DNA of 64,000 bases. It comes from Macrostomum lignano. Taxonomy: Eukaryota. Location of the stretch: assembly GCA_002269645.1 (NCBI GenBank), contig NIVC01001283.1, positions 62,001 to 126,000 of the forward strand. The letters run 5' to 3'. The position numbers and the translations under genes are program-made. Below, in pieces: positions 39,615 through 49,906 of the stretch; position 1 is the first letter of the stretch, and every line of letters starts with the position of its first letter. The notes beneath the pieces are model-generated. The model saw only the letters and a list, made by a program, of their open reading frames with translations, searched no databases and had not been told where the DNA came from.

Positions 39615-42600
39615 GTGGTGATTTACCTGTCAGATAGGGCTGATTTACCTGTCAGATAGGGCTGATTGCTTTGTCAGATACGGTGTTTCACATGTCAAAT
39701 AGGGTGATTTACCTGTCAGATGGGGTGATTTACCTGTCAGATACTGTGATTTACCTGTCAGATACTGTGATTTACCTGTCAGATACGGTGATTTACCTGT
39801 CAGATAGGGCTGATTTACCTGTCAGATACGGTGATTTACCTGTCAGATACGGTGATTTACGAATCAGATAGGGTGATTTCCCTGTCAGATACGGTGATTT
39901 ACCTGTCAGATACGGTGATTTATCTGTCAGATACGGTGATTTACCTGTCAGATAGGGCTGATTTACCTGTCAGATACGGTGATTTACCTGTCAGATACGG
40001 TGATTTACGAATCAGATAGGGTGATTTCCCTGTCAGATACGGTGATTTACCTGTCAGATACGGTGATTTACCTGTCAGATACGGTGATTTACCTGTCAGA
40101 TACGGTGATTTACGAATCAGATAGGGTGATTTCCCTGTCAGATACTGTGATTTACCTGTCAGATACGGTGATTTACCTGTCAGATACGGTGATTTACCTG
40201 TCAGATAGGGCTGATTTACCTGTCAGATACGGTGATTTACCTGTCAGATACGGTGATTTACCTGTCAGATAGGGCTGATTTACCTGTCAGATACGGTGAT
40301 TTACCTGTCAGATAGGGCTGATTTACCTGTCAGATACAGTGATTTACCTGTCAGATAGGGCTGATTTCCCTGTCAGATACGGTGATTTACCTGTCAGATA
40401 CGGTGATTTACCTGTCAGATACGGTGATTTACGAATCAGATAGGGTGATTTCCCTGTCAGATACGGTGATTTACCTGTCAGATAGGGCTGATTTACCTGT
40501 CAGATACGGTGATTTACCTGTCAGATACGGTGATTTACGAATCAGATAGGGTGATTTCCCTGTCAGATACGGTGATTTACCTGTCAGATACGGTGATTTA
40601 CCTGTCAGATACGGTGATTTACGAATCAGATAGGGTGATTTCCCTGTCAGATACGGTGATTTACCTGTCAGATACGGTGATTTACCTGTCAGATACGGTG
40701 ATTTACCTGTCAGATACGGTGATTTACCTGTCAGATAGGGCTGATTTACCTGTCAGATACGGTGATTTACCTGTCAGATACGGTGATTTACGAATCAGAT
40801 AGGGTGATTTCCCTGTCAGATACGGTGATTTACCTGTCAGATACGGTGATTTACCTGTCAGATACGGTGATTTACGAATCAGATAGGGTGATTTCCCTGT
40901 CAGATACTGTGATTTACCTGTCAGATACGGTGATTTACCTGTCAGATACGGTGATTTACCTGTCAGATAGGGCTGATTTACCTGTCAGATACGGTGATTT
41001 ACCTGTCAGATACGGTGATTTACCTGTCAGATAGGGCTGATTTACCTGTCAGATACGGTGATTTACCTGTCAGATGGGGTGATTTACCTGTCAGATACTG
41101 TGATTTACCTGTCAGATACTGTGATTTACCTGTCAGATACGGTGATTTACCTGTCAGATAGGGCTGATTTACCTGTCAGATACGGTGATTTACCTGTCAG
41201 ATACGGTGATTTACGAATCAGATAGGGTGATTTCCCTGTCAGATACGGTGATTTACCTGTCAGATACGGTGATTTATCTGTCAGATACGGTGATTTATCT
41301 GTCAGATAGGGCTGATTTACCTGTCAGATACGGTGATTTACCTGTCAGATACGGTGATTTACGAATCAGATAGGGTGATTTCCCTGTCAGATACGGTGAT
41401 TTACCTGTCAGATACGGTGATTTACCTGTCAGATACGGTGATTTACGAATCAGATAGGGTGATTTCCCTGTCAGATACTGTGATTTACCTTTCAGATACG
41501 GTGATTTACCTGTCAGATACGGTGATTTACCTGTCAGATAGGGCTGATTTACCTGTCAGATACGGTGATTTACCTGTCAGATACGGTGATTTACCTGTCA
41601 GATAGGGCTGATTTACCTGTCAGATACGGTGATTTACCTGTCAGATAGGGCTGATTTACCTGTCAGATACAGTGATTTACCTGTCAGATAGGGCTGATTT
41701 CCCTGTCAGATACGGTGATTTACCTGTCAGATACGGTGATTTACCTGTCAGATACGGTGATTTACGAATCAGATAGGGTGATTTCCCTGTCAGATACGGT
41801 GATTTACCTGTCAGATAGGGCTGATTTACCTGTCAGATACGGTGATTTACCTGTCAGATACGGTGATTTACGAATCAGATAGGGTGATTTCCCTGTCAGA
41901 TACGGTGATTTACCTGTCAGATACGGTGATTTACCTGTCAGATACGGTGATTTACGAATCAGATAGGGTGATTTCCCTGTCAGATACGGTGATTTACCTG
42001 TCAGATACGGTGATTTACCTGTCAGATACGGTGATTTACCTGTCAGATACGCTGATTTACCTGTCAGATACGGTGATTTACCTGTCAGATACGGTGATTT
42101 ACGAATCAGATAGGGTGATTTCCCTGTCAGATACGGTGATTTACCTGTCAGATACGGTGATTTACCTGTCAGATACGGTGATTTACGAATCAGATAGGGT
42201 GATTTCCCTGTCAGATACTGTGATTTACCTGTCAGATACGGTGATTTACCTGTCAGATACGGTGATTTACCTGTCAGATAGGGCTGATTTACCTGTCAGA
42301 TACGGTGATTTACCTGTCAGATACGGTGATTTACCTGTCAGATAGGGCTGATTTACCTGTCAGATACGGTGATTTACCTGTCAGATAGGGCTGATTTACC
42401 TGTCAGATACAGTGATTTACCTGTCAGATACGGTGATTTACCTGTCAGATACGGTGATTTACCTGTCAGATACGGTGATTTACGAATCAGATAGGGTGAT
42501 TTCCCTGTCAGATACGGTGATTTACCTGTCAGATAGGGCTGATTTACCTGTCAGATACGGTGATTTACCTGTCAGATACGGTGATTTACGAATCAGATAG

Positions 42601-42722
42601 GGTGATTTCCCTGTCAGATACTGTGATTTACCTGTCAGATACGGTGATTTACCTGTCAGATACGGTGATTTACCTGTCAGATACGGTGATTTACCTGTCA
42701 GATACGGTGATTTAACTGTCAG
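39615..42722. repeat. 21-bp minisatellite, 3.1 kb, with ~1.35-kb higher-order duplication
   Basis: GATTTACCTGTCAGATACGGT; identical variant strings at offset 1354. Confidence 0.97.
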
Positions 42723-43234
42723 GGTATTTAAAGCAAATACCCTATAGGTAATAAAAGCAAAATTTCAGGCAAAAAAATCTGATTCTAAATTGCGCAGAGT
42801 TTCAATCGAAATGCAACAGTTTTTGCTGTCGTTTCGGTAATTAAAACAAAAACCACTTCAAGTTGAATGTTGCAAGCAAGCTTTCCGTTAAGCTGCTGAA
42901 CAAAGTGATAAATTTTTTGTATGGTAAATTTTAATTGGCCATGCACTTGATCGGATTTAGAGTTCTTACAGCTCCTACTACAATCCAGTACTATAAAAGG
43001 CATTTTATTGCCAACTGTTTTAATTGTTGAAAATTGCGCTTCATCAAAATTCGCTAAATTTCTGGCTATTAATGGTGATCTTGGAGACAGATAGGGTGAC
43101 TAATCTCCGGTGCGCCAAGTGGCCTGGGTCATAAATTATTGCTATGGATTAACGAATCCCAAATGTATTGTTGAATGTTGGGTGGATTGGAAGCCAAGCT
43201 TGCAAGCAAACTAAGTGAAACAAAGAACTACTCC

Positions 43235-43635
43235 GTGACTCAGGAAACCAGTGAATGAGTCAGGAAATCGGTGAATGTGTCAGGAAATTGGTGAATGAGT
43301 CAGGAAATCGGTGAATGATTTAGGAAATCAGTGAATGCGTCAGGAAACCAGTGAATGTGTCAGGAAATCGGTGAATGTGTCAGGATATTGGTGAATGAGT
43401 CAGGAAATTGGTGAATGTGTCAGGAAATCAGTAAATGTGTCAGAAAATCGGTGAATGAGTCTGGAAACCAGTGAATGATTTAGGAAATCAGTGAATGCGT
43501 CAGGAAACCGGCTAATGAGTCAGGAAATCAGTGAATGTGTCAGGAAATCGTTGAATGTGTCATGAAATAAATGAATGAGTCAGGAAATCGGTGAAGGAGT
43601 CAGAAAACCAGTAAATGAGTCAGGAGACCAGTAAA
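43235..43635. repeat. 20-bp degenerate minisatellite GTGAATGAGTCAGGAAATCG
   Basis: Directly visible. Confidence 0.92.
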
Positions 43636-44207
43636 TAAGTCACAAAGCAAAGCTGAAGTCAAAGAATGAGAAAAAGTGCAAAAAATGAATAAAAAGCCCG
43701 CTAACTTCAAGTCCGTTAATTGACTATTTAATAATCAGAACTTGCAAACTCGAGAATGAAACAGCCGTTGAAAATTTATTGCAAATTAACAAAACATTTA
43801 ACAATTCATTTAACATGAATTCATTTTCACTAAACAATGAAGAACACAATTAAAGAACTTAATCACCTGAACCAAGGCATTAATTTATCCAGTTAATTAG
43901 TGAATATTGAAAGAAATATTACTAGTAAAAGCAAGAAAAAATTCAAACACCAATGCAAAATAAAGAACACGCATAAAGTTTACTACTTGAAACTGTCATT
44001 AGTAGTAGTACGTAGGACATTTTTGTTTTACCTAATGGTAAAGGATCTTATAACACTGAATTTCACGCAGAATATCTAGAATTTCTTTTCAAACAGCTCA
44101 TTAAACAGTTAAACGAACAGGCTCATCAAATTAATAAAAACATTATCAACAAGTATGCCAACCTTATCCGACACAGATGACAGAAGACTCGAAGCAGTCG
44201 ATCACCC

Positions 44208-46132
44208 TCACGAAACTACAATGGCTCCTTCATCAGCCTGTCTGACCAGCCGTCTGTACTTCGCCAACACGGAGGTGCGAGATCCTCCCGGTGGGTTCGC
44301 TTTCGCCTCGGCCGAAGCCTCCGCAGCCACCGTAGCCGCCTCGGACAGTCGGGCGGCCAGTTCGGACTCGGCCAGTCGGACATTAATTTGTCGGCCGGGA
44401 CCGTCGATTTCAATTTGATCGCCGGTACGAAGCGCGCCGATTGGCCCGCCGACAGCTGACTCTGGGGTCACGTGACCAACTACAAAACCCTTCGTGGCGC
44501 CAGAGAAGCGGCCGTCCGTGATCAGAGCTACGCGGCCAGACAGGCCCCGGCCCTGGAAAATTTTCAGGGAGGGTTATTTAGGCGTGCGTAATTAGGGGAG
44601 AGAGGCTTATTCGGGCGTGCGTACATTGGGGCAGAGGCTTATTCGGGCGTGCGTACATTGGGGGAGAGGCTTATTCGGGCGTGCGTACATTGGGGGAGAG
44701 GCTTATTCGGGCGTGCGTACATTGGGGGGAGAGAGGCTTATTCGCGTGTGCGTAGATTGGGGGGAGAGAGGCTTATTCGGGTGTGCGTACATTGGGGGGA
44801 GAGAGGCTTATTCGTGTGTGCGTAGATTGGGGGGAGAGAGGCTTATTCGGGCGTGCGTACATTGTGGCTAAGAGTGGCCTGCTTAGGCTTCTCTTGCTTT
44901 TATTATAGAATCAATAAATTAGGGTTGCTGAAAGCTTTAAAGGGTTGATTTAAAATGTCGTTATTGGGCGGTTTGGCGATGTACATGTACATCCTAGAGT
45001 ACATGTACAGACACGGTTATGCTAGCATAGAGATTTATTAGTAATTTTTACTTGAATAGCAGCTGTCACGGCCAGCATCTCCCGCATGCCGGGCCCTCCG
45101 ACCGGTCCCTCGTTACGCACAACAACAACGTGGCCAGGTTGGACTTGCCCGCGAGAGACGCCGACATAGGCGGCCTCCTCATTTTCATACACGATAGCCG
45201 GGCCGGAGAAGCTGTCGCCCTCGTCGCCGATCAGTTTGCCAACGGCGCCGTTCGGGCAGAGACTGCCACGGAAGATTATCAGATGACCGGTAGCTTTAAT
45301 CGGATCGGCTGTTAGAAAGCAAGGTTAAAGATAGATCACGATTGGTTGGCGTGCATTACTGAGGGTAGAAAGTTTAAAGAATGAGTGTGGAGAGCGCTGA
45401 TTGGCTGGTGCGGTTCAGCAGGGATAGAAAATGTGGGATGAGTGCGGAGAGTGCTGATTGGCTGGCGGGGTTAACCAGGGATAGAAATGTTAAATGAGTG
45501 CGTAGAGCGCTGATTGGCTGGATATCTCACACATTGGCCGAATAACCTTCTGCCCTGCTGGATAATCCTCCACTCCTTTCAGATCCTCGGCAAGTGTCCG
45601 GCCGGTGCAGGTGACGGCCGAGCCGTGCAGCAGGCCGGCTGACAGCATGCGGCGGAGCAGCGGCCGAAGCCCGCCAGCCTCGTGCAGGTCGGCCATGGCG
45701 TGGCAGCCGCTGGGGAACAGGTCAGCCAGCACGGGGGTTCGCTGGAACACCGATTGGAGTTCGTCCAGGCCAAAGTCAGCCAGGCCGGCCTCCCTGGCGA
45801 TGGCTACCAGATGCAGGCAGGCGTTGGTGGAGCCGCCCAGCGCGGAAACCACGGCGGCCGCATTCTCCAGCGCCTGTCTCGTGACAATGTCGCGCGGCCG
45901 AATCCCGCACCGCATCATGTTGGCTAGCGCGGCGCCAACCAGATGGCGCGCCTGGCGCCGTTTCTCTTCACTGACGGCCGGCGGCGAGGCGTCGCCGGGC
46001 AGAGCGAGGCCCATAGCCTCCAGGGCGCAGGACATTGTGTTGGCGGTGTACATGCCCGCGCAGGAGCCCGGCCCGGGATGGCGCACTCCTCAATGTCCGA
46101 CAGCTCCTGCCGCGGTGGGGGTGGGACGAATA

Positions 46133-46203
<71 letters not shown>

Positions 46204-46816
46204 TAGACATACAGGCAGACAGGCAGACACGTGGACAGACAGTCCGATCGCCAACCTTGTCGCTGACGCTGCCTTTGTGGTAGCCGCCGATGGCCTCATA
46301 GACGGTGCGGATGTCCACCTTGTCGCCCTTCGGGCCGCAGCCGGGCAGGATGCTGCCACCGTAGACAAACAGGGCGGGCCGGTTGATCCGCAACATGGCC
46401 ATGGCCATGCCTGGCATGTTCTTGTCGCAGGCGCCCAGGCAGACCAGGCCGTCAAAGCCTTCGGCCAGCGTCACCGTCTCGATGGAGTCGGCGATGACCT
46501 CGCGGCTGATCAGCGACAGCCGCATGCCAGGCGTGCCCATGCTGATGCCGTCGCTGACCGTGACGGTGTTGAAGTGCATCGGCACCAGCCCGGCCTCGCG
46601 GACCGATTCGCCCGCCAGGTCCTGCAGCTCGCGCAGATTCAAATTGCACGGAGTGACGGTGGCCCAGCAGGACACCACGCCAACCTGCGGCCGGGCAAAA
46701 TCGGCGCTTTTCAATCCGACGCCGCGTAGCATCGAGCGGGCGCCGGCGCGGTCGGGGCCATCGACGACTAGCGCAGAGTGCGGGCGGGGCAGCGCGGCAG
46801 CGGAGTCGGAGGACAT
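44208..46816 (-). CDS. ilvD: Dihydroxy-acid dehydratase (IlvD/Ilv3), about 579 aa; exons 46256-46816, 45531-46106, 45052-45308, 44208-44552; apparent 1-nt deletion near 46076
   Basis: Family motifs in order: [65 protein letters not shown]. Three GT-AG introns with compatible phases (0,1,0). Exon 2 is 576 nt where 577 is needed. Confidence 0.93.
44590..44865. repeat. ~32-34 bp minisatellite in ilvD intron 3
   Basis: GAGGCTTATTCGGGCGTGCGTACATTGGGGGA. Confidence 0.93.
46133..46240. repeat. (GACA)n in ilvD intron 1
   Basis: Directly visible. Confidence 0.95.
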
Positions 46817-46821
46817 GGCGG

Positions 46822-46834
46822 TCTGGACGGAAGT
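46822..46834 (-). promoter_or_regulatory. 3' splice acceptor 6 nt before ilvD ATG (candidate trans-splice site)
   Basis: CTTCCGTCCAG|ACCGCCATG. Confidence 0.55.
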
Positions 46835-46987
46835 TTTTCATTTCTTCGAGGTACTTTTAGCTCGACGCAAATCATCGGTTTATCGGCAAAGTAATTGCTT
46901 TAACTAATTAATTCTGGCACTGCATCCCTTGATCCCTTGACCCCTCGCAGGAGGGCTGCGAGCACGAGCTGTCGCAACTCCTTCGGC

Positions 46988-47290
46988 GCACACCCATTGT
47001 CAGCTATTCAGGTAGCGCCATACCCATTGTCAGCTGTTCAGGTAGCGCCATACCCATTGTCAGCTGTTCAGGTAGCGCCATACCCATTGTCAGCTGTTCA
47101 GGTAGCGCCACACCCATTGTCAGCTATTCGGGTAGCGTCATACCCTTTGTCAGCTGTTCAGGTAGCGCCACACCCATTGTCAGCTGTTCAGGTAGCGCCA
47201 CACCCATTGTCAGCTGTTCAGGTAGCGCTACACCCATTGTCAGCTGTTCAGGTAGCGCCATACCCATTGTCAGCTGTTCAGGTAGCGCCA
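46988..47290. repeat. 30-bp minisatellite between UQCRQ and ilvD
   Basis: CACCCATTGTCAGCTGTTCAGGTAGCGCCA. Confidence 0.95.
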
Positions 47291-47861
47291 CCGCCCCTCG
47301 TTGAATTATTTTGCATGCCCAACAGGGGTCTCTGTTAACAAAGCAAAATACAGATTGTCTTGACAGATAAAACTTACCGTTAGAACGGATTGGACTATCT
47401 GAGTAAACAGCTGGTAGATAAAATAAGCAGCTCCAATAAAGTTATGGACTATCTCATATATATGCTGAATAGGTGCAGGCTAACACACACGGACGCACCT
47501 GGCGAATTCTCTGCGCATAGTAACACGTTTCAAGAGCCCACTTGAAATGCGCGCATAAACAAAAGCTTGGGCATTGCATGCCTTACGGCAGAAATAAGAC
47601 AGGCATAAGACGAAAACTTGAAATGTTTTAATATTTATTACTATCTAGTTGATTAATTATTTTAAACTTTCATTCTATTTCTGAGCAACAGAAGAGAGGC
47701 GATGTTACACGGAGTTGATAGAGAGGGTGGGCGGTTTAGTAGATCTACCTACTTAAACACTACTGATCTAACTACTCGCAAGATGCTACTTTCCCAGTAG
47801 TAGAATTGGGCTTCGCGTGTAATATAGTTTGGGTTAATTAAAAATATTAATTAGCAGTTTC

Positions 47862-48134
47862 TCATAGCTCGCCATTCTGAGCAGCCTCCTGCTCAAAGAA
47901 GGCCGGGTCCTTTCGCTTAGTTTTCTCGTTGGCCTCCTTGCCCCAGGTGATGATCAGGTAGGCGCCAGCGAATGGCGGCACAACGCGAAAGAATTCTTCG
48001 CTGACCCGGCGCAACGCATTCCAGGGAGCCTTGGTGAGCAGGCCGCGGAACGGGTGCAGCTCGTTCGGCGACACCGAATAGTAGATGATGCCCCGAACAT
48101 AGGCCATGCCCTGGCCCAGGCCTTTGTGCACCAT
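47862..48134 (-). CDS. UQCRQ: Cytochrome b-c1 complex subunit 8 (UQCRQ/QCR8), 90 aa, intronless
   Basis: GLGQGMAYVRGIIYYSVSPNELHPF...RRVSEEFFRVVPPF...TM...KRKDPAFFE matches the QCR8 pattern (G-hydrophobic-G N-terminus, YSxSP, VVPPF, RKxP) and length. Confidence 0.92.
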   Translation of the reverse strand: MVHKGLGQGMAYVRGIIYYSVSPNELHPFRGLLTKAPWNALRRVSEEFFRVVPPFAGAYLIITWGKEANEKTKRKDPAFFEQEAAQNGEL

Positions 48135-48159
48135 TTTTTGCCTTTGCGTTTCTTACAAA

Positions 48160-48172
48160 TCTGACTGCGCGA
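48160..48172 (-). promoter_or_regulatory. 3' splice acceptor 26 nt before UQCRQ ATG
   Basis: CTCGCGCAGTCAG|ATTTGT...AAAAAATG. Confidence 0.4.
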
Positions 48173-48237
48173 GATTGGCTGCCAATGCAGCGAGACCGAG
48201 TTGCTGGAATTGAGTATTCAATATTGATTGAAATTTC

Positions 48238-49292
48238 TCCCAAACTCGCTACCTAAAACCCTACCCCAAACTCGCTGCCTAAAACCCTACCCCAAACTCG
48301 CTACCTAAAACCCTACCCCAAACTCGCTACCTAAAACCCTACCCCAAACTCGCTACCTAAAACCCTACCCCAAACTCGCTACCTAAAACCCTACCCCAAA
48401 CTCGCTACCTAAAACCCTACCCCAAACTCGCTACCTAAAACCCTACCCCAAACTTCGCTACCTATTCTAAAACCCTACCCCAAACTCGCTACCTAAAACC
48501 CTACCCCAAACTCGCTACCTAAAACCCTACCTCAAACTCGCTACCTAAAACCCTACCCCAAACTCGCTACCTAAAACCCTACCCCAAACTCGCTACCTAA
48601 AACCCTACCCAAACTCGCTACCTAAAACCCTACCCCAAACTCGCTACCTAAAACCCTACCCCAAACTCGCTACCTAAAACCCTACCCCAAACTCGCTACC
48701 TAAAACTCTACCCCAAACTCGCTACCTAAAACCCTACCCCAAACTCGCTACCTAAAACCCTACCCCAAACTCGCTACCTAAAACTCTACCCCAAACTCGC
48801 TACCTAAAACCCTACCCCAAACTCGCTACCTAAAACCCTACCCAAACTCGCTACCTAAAACCCTACCCAAACTCGCTACCTAAAACGCTACCCCAAACTC
48901 GCTACCTAAAACCCTACCCCAAACTCGCTACCTAAAACCCTACCCAAACTCGCTACCTAAAACCCTACCCAAACTCGCTACCTAAAACCCTACCCCAAAC
49001 TCGCTACCTAAAACCCTACCCAAACTCGCTACCTAAAACCCTACCCAAACTCGCTACCTAAAACCCTACCCCAAACTCGCTACCTAAAACCCTACCCCAA
49101 ACTCGCTACCTAAAACCCTACCCCAAACTCGCTACCTAAAACTCTATCCCAAACTCGCTACCTAAAACGCTACCCCAAACTCGCTACCTAAAACCCTATA
49201 CCAAACTTCGCTACCAAAAACCCTACCCCAAACTCGCTACCTAAAACGCTACCCCAAACTCGCTACCTAAAACCCTATACCAAACTCGCTAC
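48238..49292. repeat. 26-bp minisatellite between DNAJC27 and UQCRQ
   Basis: CAAACTCGCTACCTAAAACCCTACCC. Confidence 0.97.
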
Positions 49293-49906
49293 CCAGTACT
49301 AAACTTACAATTTCTTAAAAAAGTAACTACTTCAATTCCACTATCATAATTATACTTAACAAATGAAAAGAATAAAATGCATCAAACAAGCAATTCCGAA
49401 AATATGGACGGAATTTCATCTTATATTCTTAAAAAATAAAAAAATTAGCAACAGACACAGTAGCAGCAGCAGTGGATACTAATAATAGTATTACAGTAGT
49501 ATACTATTACAAATATGCAGCAAATCTATAATTCAGCTGACAGAAAAACATGCACTATACTACTTACATGTACTATCCGCATTTAGAATACACATGTATG
49601 GATAGGAAAACACTACTTTAAATAGATAAAAATTGCAGTAGATAGCGCCAATGCACACAGGAACGTTAAGGACTCACTTGGGAGTACAAAAACAGCATAC
49701 GAGGCTAGTAAAAATAGTAACACAGATCAATTTCGGACGGATTATTTTCATTTACTCAAGAAAACAAAACGAGTCAACCTACTAAGCGCTAGTAGTCAAT
49801 AAAGAAAATTAATCGAAAAATTGGTACTTCAAAAGACATTAGCTTTAAAAAACTTGATGGAAAGGCAATTAAATAAACTGTAAAAAGTCTTTTAAAATCT
49901 TCAGCC

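Noticed and set aside
44208-46816. ilvD as bacterial contamination or a chimeric join
   Set aside because: It has three phase-compatible spliceosomal introns filled with the same kind of repeats as its neighbours.
45052-46907. Plus-strand ORFs 45052-45315, 45605-46729, 46383-46907 and 44155-44418
   Set aside because: Antisense shadows of GC-rich ilvD exons.
48238-49292. Interstitial telomere (TTTTAGG/AACCCT-like)
   Set aside because: The motif is only part of a 26-bp unit, not tandem TTAGGG.
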